Shown: positions 43,191-53,543 of the stretch, in pieces
Numbering within the stretch: position 1 is the first letter of the stretch
Layout of the letters: each line of letters begins with the position of its first letter
From: Candidatus Marinacidobacterales bacterium
Lineage (GTDB): Bacteria; Acidobacteriota; Vicinamibacteria; Marinacidobacterales; DATDRI01
Assembly (NCBI GenBank): GCA_965226495.1
Contig: OZ245365.1
Coordinates: 4,608,001 to 4,672,000, forward strand
DNA length: 64,000 bases
Reading direction: 5' to 3'
Notes under the pieces: generated by a model
What the model was told of the DNA's origin: nothing
The model's input: only the letters and a program-made list of their open reading frames with translations
Database searches by the model: none
Position numbers and translations under genes: made by a program

Positions 43191-44465
43191 ATGCGTCGCC
43201 TCTATCTGCAAATCTACCTTGCCTTCGTCGGGATTCTGATCCTCTTCGGCGTCCTGATAATGCTCGCCTGGTTCCTCATCCCGCCACGGGGTCAAGACCT
43301 CATGTTGTTCGAGGGAGTGGCGGCCTTGGCGGGCGAGCTACTTCCAGCGTCCGATGAGCCCATTGAGAAGCTCCAAGGCACGATCGAGAGAATCGGGAGC
43401 AAGTTCCCCGCTGATATCGCAGTACACGACGCCGACGGGAAACTCCTCGCCTCACTCGGAGACCGGCTGCCGCCTCCGAACCCCAACCACAAGCGGAGCG
43501 GTTGGATCCATGGTCACCGAACGGGACCCGCAGCCGCTTTTCTTCTGCCGGACGGCCGGTGGATGGTGGTTCGCCATGCGGGTCGATCCCGCGGGCACGT
43601 CCTCTGGGTGCTTGCCTTGTTGGCTGGCGCTATCGCAGTGGGCGCCTATCCCATCACGCGACGCATCACGCGACGCGTGGAGCGACTGCAAACTCGCGTT
43701 GACGAGCTGGGGGCGGGAGATCTCTCGGCGCGCGTGGAGGTGGAGGGAAACGATGAAGTGGCAAGCCTCGCGCGAAGTTTCAACGTGGCCGCCGATCGGG
43801 TCGAGCGCCTCGTCAACACGCAGCGTCATACACTAATTAGTGCGTCTCACGAGCTTCGTTCACCGCTGGCGCGTATGCGAATCGCCGTAGAGCTATTGGG
43901 CGACGATCACCGCCCCGATGTCCGCGCTCGGATCACGAAAGATATCGCCGAACTGGATGGGTTCATCGAGGAACTGCTACTGGCAAGCCGCCTGGACGCC
44001 CTGGATCACCTCGAGCAAACGGAAGACGTCGATCTCTTGGCGCTTCTGGCCGAGGAGGGGGCCCGCGTGGAAGCAATGGTCACCGGTGAACCGGTTTGCA
44101 TCCTGGGGGACGCGCGTATGTTGCGGCGCCTCATTCGTAATCTCCTCGAGAACGCGTACCGCTATGCCGACGGTTCTCCTGTCGAAGCTTCGGTCGCCCC
44201 ATTGGAAAGGGGGGGCAGCGGCGCCCGTTTACGGGTAGAAGATCGAGGTCCCGGTGTTCCGGTCGAGGAACGAGAAAACATCTTCAAACCGTTCTATCGA
44301 CCACCCGGCATGCGAGAGACCGCCGACGGTGGCGTAGGGCTCGGGCTCGCACTGGTTCGGCAAATCGCCCATCGCCACGAAGGAGAAGCACGCTGCCTCC
44401 CACGAAAGGGCGGCGGCACGTGCTTCGAAGTGACCCTTCGGGCGACAGTCCCTCCCGCCCCTTAG
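43191..44465 (+). CDS. HAMP sensor histidine kinase
   Basis: SHELRSPLAR, NLLENA, DRGPG, GLGLAL. Confidence 0.95.
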   Translation: MRRLYLQIYLAFVGILILFGVLIMLAWFLIPPRGQDLMLFEGVAALAGELLPASDEPIEKLQGTIERIGSKFPADIAVHDADGKLLASLGDRLPPPNPNHKRSGWIHGHRTGPAAAFLLPDGRWMVVRHAGRSRGHVLWVLALLAGAIAVGAYPITRRITRRVERLQTRVDELGAGDLSARVEVEGNDEVASLARSFNVAADRVERLVNTQRHTLISASHELRSPLARMRIAVELLGDDHRPDVRARITKDIAELDGFIEELLLASRLDALDHLEQTEDVDLLALLAEEGARVEAMVTGEPVCILGDARMLRRLIRNLLENAYRYADGSPVEASVAPLERGGSGARLRVEDRGPGVPVEERENIFKPFYRPPGMRETADGGVGLGLALVRQIAHRHEGEARCLPRKGGGTCFEVTLRATVPPAP

Positions 44466-44815
44466 AAAGGTGGCACCAATGGGTCTTCCGACGAGATCGG
44501 CGACGGGACCGGGTCCCCTGGCTTCTTGTCGTTAGAATTCGCCCCCGCGAGCTCCCCCTCTTTCCACCGCTTGTAGCTCTCGAGAAGCTCGGCGAGCAAG
44601 CGATCGCCGAGCTCTGGGCTCTCGAACCCGACCTGTTTCCAGTATTTCTGCTCGCCGTTGACCATCACTGGCTTCGAAGGAACGGCAGCGAACATGCCGT
44701 TCACGCCATCGATGACTCGGAATCCGCGGACGATAATTCCTTCACCAATCGTCACGTCGGCAAACGCCAGAATCTTGGTATCTCTCCCCTTGGGAGAACT
44801 AAATTCAGCCTTCAT
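44462..44815 (-). CDS. spoVG: SpoVG family nucleic-acid-binding protein
   Basis: LAFADVTI...IVRGFRVIDGVNGMFAAVPS. Confidence 0.8.
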   Translation of the reverse strand: MKAEFSSPKGRDTKILAFADVTIGEGIIVRGFRVIDGVNGMFAAVPSKPVMVNGEQKYWKQVGFESPELGDRLLAELLESYKRWKEGELAGANSNDKKPGDPVPSPISSEDPLVPPF

Positions 44816-44853
44816 GTCATTCCTCCATTTCTTTTTCTTGAATCACAAACCCT

Positions 44854-45435
44854 CTAAAGCAGAGGCTCCCACCGGCCGGCCCGGTATCGGGCCAAGCGGA
44901 CTCGTCCCGATGATCCGAGGACGATCACCGCATAGATGAATCCCTGCCCGTTACTGAGAAAAAGCGTTCCGCTCGTCGAAGTCCCGATCGGTGAGAACGA
45001 CAGCATTCGACCTCGGCCGAACCGAAGCGGCGGAAAGTTGGGCTGCTTTCCAGCAGCAGTAACAGCGTTACGGGGCGGAGTCCCGTACCGAACCCCGGAG
45101 AAGTAGTCGCTGAGCCTCCAGTACTCCCGGATCCTTTGGTCCACCCCAGAGCGCATATCGGCGCGACGCACCCCGTTGCCGTTTCCATCAATGTAGAGGG
45201 AGAGCACCGGCTCCCCTTCGACTTCATCGAATACGATTGCGGTGTAGCGCCCCTTTGCCGCGGCTTCGGATCGGACCTGTCGGAAGAGCCCCCTGAAGTA
45301 GTGCGCCGCCCCACGGAGGCGGTACTCCTTCGCCAAATCCCATCCTCGTGGTATCGACAGCCCGGCGACAATCACCATGAGCAGGACCACCATCATCAAC
45401 TCCACTAGACTGTAGGCTTTCTCATTCGAACGCAT
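44854..45435 (-). CDS. FimT/GspH-like pseudopilin
   Basis: AYSLVELM prepilin motif, D.NGNG, FSPIG...SGTL, GRVR. Confidence 0.85.
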   Translation of the reverse strand: MRSNEKAYSLVELMMVVLLMVIVAGLSIPRGWDLAKEYRLRGAAHYFRGLFRQVRSEAAAKGRYTAIVFDEVEGEPVLSLYIDGNGNGVRRADMRSGVDQRIREYWRLSDYFSGVRYGTPPRNAVTAAGKQPNFPPLRFGRGRMLSFSPIGTSTSGTLFLSNGQGFIYAVIVLGSSGRVRLARYRAGRWEPLL

Positions 45436-45485
45436 GGTTCATTTGCTCCCGAAATAAATGGCCGGCCCCGAAGTGTGAGACAGGG

Positions 45486-45530
45486 CCTTCCTTTGCTCCC
45501 TCTCCCTCAGGGAGAGGGCCGGGGTGAGGG
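45486..45530. repeat. REP-like hairpin repeat (family C, inverted)
   Basis: CCTTCCTT..CCCTCTCCCTCAGGGAGAGGGCCGGGGTGAGGG. Confidence 0.85.
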
Positions 45531-45566
45531 TGATTCATCCCCGGCCCCCTGGCTCCCTGCTATCCT

Positions 45567-45923
45567 TTACTTAGTGCCCTTCCCACTCGCCTCGACCAAC
45601 AGATAGGGTCGTAGACGCAGGAACGTCTTCTCCCCGATCCCCTTGACGTTCATGAGCTCCTCGACCTTGGTAAAGCTCCCGTTTTTCTTGCGGTAGGCCA
45701 CTATCCGGGCCGCTACCGTATCGCCGATCCTCGGAAGCTCGGTGAGCTCCTCGCTCGTCGCTGTGTTCAAGTTGACCTGGAGTTCTGCGGCGAACGCGGA
45801 TTTCTTGGACGTCTCGTCTGTGGCAGGTCTGACAGGTGTGGCCGGCCCGGCAAGCGCCGGAGTCGGGGCGCCTGCGACGCCTAGGAAAACCATAGAGACG
45901 ACTACCAACATTGCATGTTTCAT
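45567..45923 (-). CDS. comEA: ComEA-family helix-hairpin-helix DNA receptor
   Basis: VNLNTA..EEL..LPRIG...A.RIVAYR...VKGIGEK. Confidence 0.9.
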   Translation of the reverse strand: MKHAMLVVVSMVFLGVAGAPTPALAGPATPVRPATDETSKKSAFAAELQVNLNTATSEELTELPRIGDTVAARIVAYRKKNGSFTKVEELMNVKGIGEKTFLRLRPYLLVEASGKGTK

Positions 45924-46228
45924 CCTTCCCTCCTTTTAGATATCCGTGGACGGCTGAGATTTGGAGTGCCGTTTGTCCTTTAGAAATCGTTGGTGCCCGG
46001 CACGGCGCCCTCGTCGACCGCCCATCAGCGACGAGGACATGAAGAAGAGACGAAAAACGGGAGGCGAACCCTCCCTGGCTTGTGCAAAAAACAGAATCGT
46101 TGACCAGATGCTGAGCGTCGAGTGCTCAGATCGGATTAAGGTAGCTAGAAAGAAGGGTTTATGGTAAACTCTAAAGTGGTGTGTTAACTTCCGCGGGCTA
46201 TGATCTGCCCAAGGGGCTCACCTGATCA

Positions 46229-48043
46229 ATGGATGTACAAGACTCCGGAAATCTAGATCAGAAGGCATTCCTGGCGTTGCTCATTGAGCTGCACCAGAAG
46301 AGCGGTACCGGTTCGCTGAAACTCGAACGGGCGCCCCTGCAAAAGGCGGTCTATTTCCGCGACGGCCAGATCCTCTTTGCGGCCTCCAACGATCCGCAGG
46401 ATCAACTCGCGTCCATTCTGGTCGAGGAGGGGAAGCTCTCCAAGGACCAAATGCAGGTGGCACAAGCACGCGTATCGGCTGGAAACCCGCTGGCCAAGGT
46501 TCTTACGGAGCTCGGTTACATCTCGCAGAGGGAGCTGGCGGACGCAGCACGACTGAAGGTCGAGAAGATCCTCACCGATCTCTACGGGTGGAAAGAGGGC
46601 ACCTACCAGTTCGTGGAACGATCACTGCCCAAGGGTGCGATCGACTTGGAGCTTTCCACGCCGCGCCTGATCTTCAACAGCGTGCGACGCATCGACGACC
46701 GAGAGTGGATCTTGAAACAACTGGGCTCTTTGGATTCGGTTCTCGCCGCGACCCCTTCGTTCGATAATTTTTTGACCAAGACGACCCCCGAGCCGAGTGC
46801 GAGCGACGTGCTTCGCTTGGTTGATGGTGTGCAATCCATCAAACAAATCGGGGCGCTCTCCACTTTGGGCGAGTTCGAAGTCTGTAAAATCTTGGCGTCC
46901 GCTCTACTGACCGGAGCGCTGGAAAAATCTTCGGCGGGTACTCCCTTCGCCGGAGAAGCCGCTTCTCCGCCCGGGCCGCCACCAAGCGAGGCCTCCTTCC
47001 CTTTTCCGGGCGATGCCGCGGTAGAAACGACGGCGCTCAATATTGGAGAAAGCGGCTCGGATTCCGCGGAGGCCGGGTACACAGACCCACAGCCGGTTCC
47101 GCTATCAGAGATCGAGCGGTCAGCGGCCCTTCCCGCAAGCCAGCCGTCTGGAGATTTCGTCTTCGACGAACCCCCTAGCGCCGCTTCGAGCGAGCAAAAA
47201 AGAGTGCCTCCGCGCCCTCGAAAGATGAGTCGAGGCGGCGGAAGCAAGAAAGCACTCATGGCCGCGGCCGCTCTCGTGGCGATCGGAGGGATAGCCGGAG
47301 CCGCGTACTACTTCTTCTGGGGACCAGAAGAATCGTCGGCAGGAGCCACCGGGACTCCAGCAGGCACTCCGCCGGTGACCACGCAGGCGGGCCAAACTCC
47401 GAAGCCACCGCCGACCACCACCAGGACGCCACCACCCTCCACAACGGCTCCGCCAACGTCGACGCCCCCTCCCACCGGTCCGACTCCGACAAGCCCATCG
47501 ACGACCAGACCGCCGAGGCCGTCCACCAGCCCGTCTAGCGGGGCGAAGACTCCACCGAAGGCCGCTTCGTCGAAACCCCCATCGACCAAAACGACGCCTT
47601 CGCCGCCCCCGAGGACTACGACCACCACCGCTCCCCCGCGAACATCTCCTCCGTCGAGCCCGACACCAACGTCAACTGGTAGCCGGCCCAGCACTCCTTC
47701 CGGACAACCCATGGCCCAAGGACAACAACAGCTCAAGAGTGGGAACTATCCTCAAGCGGCAGCTACGTTTCTCGGCCATCTTAGACGCGTGGGTACTGAC
47801 AAGTTCACGATTGCGGTGGGTGTTTTCTGCGATGCGAGCAACGTGAGCCGCGTCGTCCAAAGCTCGGGGGGCTCCGAGCAGCTACTCGTCCTTTCCTTCG
47901 ATAACAAGGGGCGCTCGTGCTACCGGGTGTTCTGGGGAATCTTCGACTCGCGGGCGGAAGCCCAGCGGGCGATTGCATCTGTCCCGACCGACATACGGGC
48001 ACGTGACTCGGCACCGGTCCCGATAGCTCGCCTCATTTCCTAG
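46229..48043 (+). CDS. DUF4388 membrane protein with Pro/Thr linker and SPOR-like C-terminus
   Basis: DUF4388 N-terminus, TM helix, PT-rich linker, CYRVFWGIFDSRAEA. Confidence 0.75.
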   Translation: MDVQDSGNLDQKAFLALLIELHQKSGTGSLKLERAPLQKAVYFRDGQILFAASNDPQDQLASILVEEGKLSKDQMQVAQARVSAGNPLAKVLTELGYISQRELADAARLKVEKILTDLYGWKEGTYQFVERSLPKGAIDLELSTPRLIFNSVRRIDDREWILKQLGSLDSVLAATPSFDNFLTKTTPEPSASDVLRLVDGVQSIKQIGALSTLGEFEVCKILASALLTGALEKSSAGTPFAGEAASPPGPPPSEASFPFPGDAAVETTALNIGESGSDSAEAGYTDPQPVPLSEIERSAALPASQPSGDFVFDEPPSAASSEQKRVPPRPRKMSRGGGSKKALMAAAALVAIGGIAGAAYYFFWGPEESSAGATGTPAGTPPVTTQAGQTPKPPPTTTRTPPPSTTAPPTSTPPPTGPTPTSPSTTRPPRPSTSPSSGAKTPPKAASSKPPSTKTTPSPPPRTTTTTAPPRTSPPSSPTPTSTGSRPSTPSGQPMAQGQQQLKSGNYPQAAATFLGHLRRVGTDKFTIAVGVFCDASNVSRVVQSSGGSEQLLVLSFDNKGRSCYRVFWGIFDSRAEAQRAIASVPTDIRARDSAPVPIARLIS

Positions 48044-48104
48044 CTCGGTTCTCCGTATGGTGCCGGCTCTTTTCCCCCGACACACGCTTCGCCACCTTCG
48101 CGGA

Positions 48105-49403
48105 ATGAAACTGGCGTCGCCGACAGTTCTTCTCATCACCCTACTCGCGCCTCCCCTCAGCGCGGAGACACTCCATTTGACGAACGGCCGGCAAATCCAG
48201 GTGGAGCGTTATTGGGAAGAAGGCAAGCAGATCTATTACGAAAGAAACGGCAGCATCTTCGGATTTCCTAGCTCGCTCCTCGAGCGAGTGGATCGCGGCG
48301 ACGCGCGTCCCGCCACCAAGAAAACGTCGGAAGCGGTGGAAGAGGCCGAGCCCGGATTTAGGAACGAGCCCCATGCGAAGGCGGTCGAGCAAGCACGGGC
48401 CTCGGCCGAAGAAGGGGATCTCGAGAAAGCCTCTCATTACTACCGTCAAGCCTTGCACGCCGCCCCCGAATCGGTAGTCACCCGTGTCGAGCTGGGGGAG
48501 CTTTACCTGGAGCGCGGTGATCTCTCGGCGGCGCAGATCCAGCTGGAGCTAGCCAAACGCAGTGCCCCGGAAGACCCGACGATTCGAGAGCTCTTGGGAG
48601 ACACCTACTACCAGCGAGGTCGCACCGCGCTCGCAATCCGAGAGTGGCAAAAGGCCCTCGAGCTCGCCCCGGGAGCCGGCGTCCTGGACAAGCTGAAGCA
48701 GGCGCTGCGGGAGAACGATCAAGACATCGACTTCGACGAGCTACGCCGCCCCCACTTTCTCATTCGCTATGACGGCGCCATCAACCAATCCCTCGGGCGA
48801 GAAGTGGCCATGGCTCTCGAGTCGGAGTACGAAGAGCTGATCCAGGAGTTACACTTCACTCCACAAGCTCCGGTGAAATTAACCCTTTACACGAACCGCG
48901 AGTTCAGCGAAGTCACGCACGCCCCGTCCTGGGTCTCGGCGCTCAATGATGGAGAGATACGGATCCCCGTCGAAGGGCTCAACCAATTGACTCCCCAGGT
49001 GCGCCGGCTCTTACGGCACGAGCTGACCCATACTTTCATCAACGCACGCACCGGAAACAACTGCCCGACTTGGTTTCACGAAGGCTACGCGCAGTTGCGA
49101 GCGAACCAAGTGCCGGACGGAATGTACGAGGCTCTCAAGGAGGCGAAGGAAGCGGGAGGGCTGCTGCCGCTTTGGAGCTTGGAGGGCCCACTCCTCAGCT
49201 ACTCCACGGAACAGGCGAGATTGGCGTACTACGAATCGCTGGCGGCAACGCAGTACCTGGTGAAGCGGAAAGGAAGAGATTCATTGATCCGGATCATGGA
49301 TCTGTTGGCGCGGCGCTACACGATGAATGATGCGCTGAACAAAGTCATTGGCCTCGACTATCAAGAGCTTCAGACCGCTTGGGAAGCGGATCTCGGCCGT
49401 TAA
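48105..49403 (+). CDS. TPR + peptidase MA-like protein
   Basis: TPR repeats, HELTH...WFHEG.A gluzincin motif. Confidence 0.85.
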   Translation: MKLASPTVLLITLLAPPLSAETLHLTNGRQIQVERYWEEGKQIYYERNGSIFGFPSSLLERVDRGDARPATKKTSEAVEEAEPGFRNEPHAKAVEQARASAEEGDLEKASHYYRQALHAAPESVVTRVELGELYLERGDLSAAQIQLELAKRSAPEDPTIRELLGDTYYQRGRTALAIREWQKALELAPGAGVLDKLKQALRENDQDIDFDELRRPHFLIRYDGAINQSLGREVAMALESEYEELIQELHFTPQAPVKLTLYTNREFSEVTHAPSWVSALNDGEIRIPVEGLNQLTPQVRRLLRHELTHTFINARTGNNCPTWFHEGYAQLRANQVPDGMYEALKEAKEAGGLLPLWSLEGPLLSYSTEQARLAYYESLAATQYLVKRKGRDSLIRIMDLLARRYTMNDALNKVIGLDYQELQTAWEADLGR

Positions 49404-49454
49404 CGTCCCGCGATGCAGTAAGTGTCGGGGTCGCGGGAGTCTGCAACCTCACCG

Positions 49455-49901
49455 TCAAACTGATGCGCTAGATTTCGAGAGACGAAACCGCGGATAGAGA
49501 AGCCCGTTGGCAACCGCGACGATCGTGAAAACAATCAGCGCGTCCAGAACGTTGAAAAAATAGAAGTCTTTGGTGTGGCTATAGTGATTCATGTAGACAC
49601 CGCTCAGCGCGGCAAAGAAGAGCCAGGCGACGCCGTAGAGCTTCAGGCTGCGCACCACGTAATGCCCTTTCAGGCTGGCTTCGGCGAGAAAGAACATCCA
49701 GGTGATGCTGAGCCACATCAGAAAGTTGTAGAAGAACGAAGTCACCCAATCGAAGGTCGTGAAGTTCGTATTGAAGCACGGGCTCCCTTCCATCGCCCCG
49801 AATAGCCCTTCGAAAATCAACCACATCTCGAATGGAGCGGCCGCTACGTATCGAACGGTATTGAGGACCACGACCAGCGCCAATAACTTCACGACCGTCA
49901 T
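49455..49901 (-). CDS. Hypothetical membrane protein
   Basis: Four hydrophobic segments; GGAGG RBS. Confidence 0.65.
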   Translation of the reverse strand: MTVVKLLALVVVLNTVRYVAAAPFEMWLIFEGLFGAMEGSPCFNTNFTTFDWVTSFFYNFLMWLSITWMFFLAEASLKGHYVVRSLKLYGVAWLFFAALSGVYMNHYSHTKDFYFFNVLDALIVFTIVAVANGLLYPRFRLSKSSASV

Positions 49902-49918
49902 GTTCAACCTCCATTAAT

Positions 49919-49960
49919 GCCGCAGGGCCCCACCCCCACGGCTCGTCCCTACGCCGGCCA
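49919..49960 (-). repeat. Family B repeat core, inverted copy
   Basis: GGGCCCCACCCCCACGGCTCGTCCCTACGCCG matches the reverse complement of 20074-20105 with one mismatch. Confidence 0.8.
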
Positions 49961-50121
49961 CCGATCAGCTGCGGCCTCACTCCTCGTTCGGCCGCTGGCC
50001 TCCGCTCCTCGACAGGCTCGCTGCGGCCGGCGGCGGCTGCGGGACAGCTGAGGGCTCTCCCCGGGCTTCCATCGCGGCCCATGCGTGCGGTGCGGCATAA
50101 TACTATCGGAGGTGGGAGGAA

Positions 50122-50577
50122 ATGCAGAAATGGTTGAAGATTTGCCGCGTCGGCGTTGCCGCGCTAACGCTAGCAGGAACCGGCTTTTTTTCTGTCCATG
50201 TCCTGGCCCAGTCGATGGGTAAGGACGCGACCTACGTCAGCCCCACCAGCGGGACCAAGCTTCGAATCCTCCTCGACGAAAGCAACCTAGGTGGCTCCGA
50301 AGTCGAGGTCGCGGAGATCGAGTTTCCTCCGGGAGTCGATTCCGGGGCTCACGTGCATGGGACGGTGGAGATCTTCTATGTCCTCGAAGGCGAGCTCGAG
50401 CACATCGTGAATGGAAAGAAATACGTGCTCGGACCGGGCATGATCGGTCACGTCCGTCCGCCTGACGAAGTGATCCACCGCGTCAAAGCGAACGGTCCTC
50501 CTTGTAAAGCGTTGGTTATCTGGGCTCCCGGCGGAGAGGGGACCCGTATCGCCGAGCAATGGGAGGCCGGGAACTGA
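50122..50577 (+). CDS. Cupin domain exported protein
   Basis: HVH...EIFYVLEGE...H. Confidence 0.88.
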   Translation: MQKWLKICRVGVAALTLAGTGFFSVHVLAQSMGKDATYVSPTSGTKLRILLDESNLGGSEVEVAEIEFPPGVDSGAHVHGTVEIFYVLEGELEHIVNGKKYVLGPGMIGHVRPPDEVIHRVKANGPPCKALVIWAPGGEGTRIAEQWEAGN

Positions 50578-50591
50578 GAGGTTACAGTCCA

Positions 50592-50930
50592 CTACTTCGT
50601 TGGCGCGAGCTGTTTCAGCTCTTCGAACCACCCCTTCACGACGTTTAACTGGGACTGCTGCGACGACTCGGTCGACAAGGCGACCAGGAATTTCTGACTG
50701 TCCGGAGAGACGCCGATGTGGGGATGATTGAGCGAAGCGAGGAGTTGTGCCTTACGCCGAAATCGCGCCAGGCGCTCGGGCTCCTCGGCTACTTCTGAGG
50801 GCAAAGCCTTGATGGCAACATCGCGCCCCAGCTTGGTATCCCGCGCTCGGTAGACCTCTCCCATTCCACCGGCACCGATGGGGGCGAGGATCTCGTAAGG
50901 ACCCAACTTAGTGCCGGGCGTGAGGGACAT
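50592..50930 (-). pseudogene. Ser/Thr kinase remnant (N-lobe fused in-frame to the extreme C-terminus)
   Basis: IGAGGMGEVY..VAIK..LNHPHI joined to SPD..WFEELKQLAPTK; compare the intact paralog at 59237-62095. Confidence 0.9.
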
Positions 50931-51922
50931 TCGCGTGAAAATATCCCCGCACAGGTTGAAAAGTCAATGAGTAGACAGGCCCCGGCTCGCGCGCGAGGCT
51001 GCTTGAGCGGCGAAATCGTTCCATCACATCCTTCCCGTACTCGCACTCCGCCAGATACTGGTTGTGCGCGGGGCACATCAGTTGGATGTTCTCAGGGCTG
51101 TGGTCGCCGCCGAGGGCAAAAGGCTGGCGGTGGTGGAACTGCAGTCCATGGCGTTCGCTACAACGCCTACCCCGCCCGTCCACGAAGGTGCATTGATTTC
51201 CGTCCCGCTCGCTCACCGCGCGCCTCACCGGGGCCGGGATGTAACGCGAGGAGGGTGACGTGTCGGTTTCTTTGAGATCGCGTCTGGGCGCCCGCGTCTT
51301 ACCGTAGCGCCTCGACTCCAACTTCTCCAGCTTTTCGGTCACGGCTTCGTCGATGATGACAGCTAGATCGCTGTCCGGCATGAGCGCGCGTAGGCGTTCG
51401 ATCTTGTCTTTGAGCTCGGCGCTGGCTGTGAACTGGATTTTGTAGCGGGTGGGGGCGAGGGGCTTAACCACGCCGGCGTTGGCCGGGAAGCTTGCGGATC
51501 TTGGGCGCAACATCAGGCTGCGGCGCAACCTCCGCCACAAGCTCTTCGATCTTTGCCTTGGACTTGTGCGCCGCTCGCGGCAAAACGGTGTCCCGATTCG
51601 CTTCGGTGAGGTATGGCGAAAGCTTGGCGGCGCCGGTCAGATGAATACGGCCGTCCTCCAGCATCGTCAGAAGCTCCGGGTGCCTTCGCGATGCGCGCGC
51701 GACTCGAATTCGGAGATAGGCTTCGGCCTCGGACATATGTAATACCTCGGAGCAATAGGTGAACATCGACGCGCAAGCTTCGCGTGCTTAGAGACGCCGC
51801 TCGTCTACCTCAGCAATGTGCGCGACCAACTCCGACTCGACGCGTCGTGATTGCTGCACCAGCCCCGACAAGCGGTGGAGTAACTCATCGTCCGAAGTCG
51901 ATTTCAATAAGTTCTTAAACAT
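50908..51922 (-). pseudogene. DUF222-like/HNH endonuclease gene, disrupted
   Basis: LVAHIAEVDERRL*, in-frame TAA at 51788-51790, frameshift near 51475; RD..QC..C..HH..GG...N...C..HN. Confidence 0.85.
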
Positions 51923-52182
51923 GTGTCGTCCCCCTCGACACTAATATAACAACGCACTTTTTTTGGCCTTGAGACGACGTGAGTCGGGAGGAACGTGCTT
52001 CGACGAAAATTTCGTCTCGAAGCTTCTGGGCGTTGACTAGAGCGTCAACGTACGTTTTAGAGATGGCAGTACGAAGGCATTAGAAAAGTTTCAAAACTTG
52101 TTGCGGAATCTTGTCAAGAGAAGATTCATTTTTTTCTTAGGAACGTATGTTTCAACTCCTCTAGTGGCTTACTTCGCTGCTG

Positions 52183-52206
52183 AGAATCTTGCCCGGGCAA
52201 GATTCT
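52183..52206. repeat. Perfect 24-bp palindrome AGAATCTTGCCCGGGCAAGATTCT
   Basis: Same core at 58258-58279; variant at 62283. Confidence 0.9.
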
Positions 52207-52214
52207 TGACGCTA

Positions 52215-53543
52215 CTAACGTCCGCCCGATTCGCTGGGCGTCGGGGGCCTCACTCGGTGCGCCGCGCGGCGGGTAGCGCTCGATGGCGCCATTCGATCCG
52301 CCAACTCTCTCACCCTCTCGAGATACACGTCCATATACTCGGCCGCGATCGGTGGACCGGGAGGGTAAATTTGCTTGAGCGGATTCACCGGCTTCCCGTG
52401 ACGAACGAGGCGGAAATCCAAATGGGCACCGGTCGCCAAGCCGGTGGATCCGACGTAGCCGATCACTTCTTTCTGGTTTACGCGTTTGCCGGTGCGGAGT
52501 CCCTTGGCGAAGCGGGACAAGTGTAGGTACTTGGACTGGTAACCCATCGCATGGCGAAGAGTCACCATGCGGCCGGAACCTCCTTTGGTGGAGATCCCGG
52601 TCACCGTCCCGGCCGCGACCGAATGCACGGGCGTCCCTTGCGGAGCCGCATAGTCGACGCCGAGGTGAGGCATCCGGCGTCCATGCACCGGATGAAGCCG
52701 ACTATAGGAGAACCGCGAGCTGATTCGCTGAAACTCGAGCGGTGCTCTGAGGAAGGCCTTACGCATCGACTTGCCGTTGGGATCGTAGTAACCCTTCTTC
52801 ATGCCGTTCGGGTCCACGAAAAGAAAGGCGAAGAGTTCCGTCTCCCCGGAAACGTAGCTGGCCGCGAGAAGGTCTCCGTAACCGGCAAACTGGTCGTCGC
52901 GGTATAGCTTCTCTACAAGGAGTGAAAACCGATCCCCGGGCCTACTCTGCGTGTAGAAATCGAAGTCCCAAGCGAAGACTTCAGCGAAGGCGACCACCAG
53001 GGGAGCCGACTCTCCTAAAGACTCCAGGCTCGCGAAGAGACTCCCTTGGACCGAACCCCGGTGCGCTACCTCTCTATGCTCGATGACGATGGAGAGCTGG
53101 TCCCCCACCCAACCACCGTTCTCCCGGCGAGCCTCATAAGTCTCTAGGGCTCCGCGATGGATCCAAATCGCGTCCACATTCCCACCGCTGGTGTAACGGA
53201 TCTCTACTTCGTCGCCGGGTCGTAGGTGGCGCAGATTGAGATGAGGCGTCAAGGCGGTGGCCATCTCGTGCACCGCGAGGGGAGTAAACCCGTTGCGCTG
53301 GAGTAAACTGGCCAGCGTGTCTCCTCGACGAACCCGATCCGGTACGACCAACCACGGCTCTTGATCGGTGAAGCTGACTTCTGCGGGCCGGGGGGCCTCG
53401 GGAGGCTCGAATAGGGGAAGGTCGAGAGGTGCCAAGCGTTGCCATGCCGCCAACCCGACGACGCTCATCCCATAGAGCCCCACGGAGGCCAGCGAAAAAC
53501 GACGCACTAGGCGAAGCCCTTTTCTCGAACGTGACTTCTTCAC
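52215..53543 (-). CDS. M23 family peptidoglycan DD-metalloendopeptidase
   Basis: HLGVDYAA, YLHLS, STGLATGAHLDF. Confidence 0.92.
   Translation of the reverse strand: MKKSRSRKGLRLVRRFSLASVGLYGMSVVGLAAWQRLAPLDLPLFEPPEAPRPAEVSFTDQEPWLVVPDRVRRGDTLASLLQRNGFTPLAVHEMATALTPHLNLRHLRPGDEVEIRYTSGGNVDAIWIHRGALETYEARRENGGWVGDQLSIVIEHREVAHRGSVQGSLFASLESLGESAPLVVAFAEVFAWDFDFYTQSRPGDRFSLLVEKLYRDDQFAGYGDLLAASYVSGETELFAFLFVDPNGMKKGYYDPNGKSMRKAFLRAPLEFQRISSRFSYSRLHPVHGRRMPHLGVDYAAPQGTPVHSVAAGTVTGISTKGGSGRMVTLRHAMGYQSKYLHLSRFAKGLRTGKRVNQKEVIGYVGSTGLATGAHLDFRLVRHGKPVNPLKQIYPPGPPIAAEYMDVYLERVRELADRMAPSSATRRAAHRVRPPTPSESGGR

Noticed and set aside
47390-47700. Low-complexity DNA as a repeat element
   Set aside because: Explained by the Pro/Thr-rich protein linker
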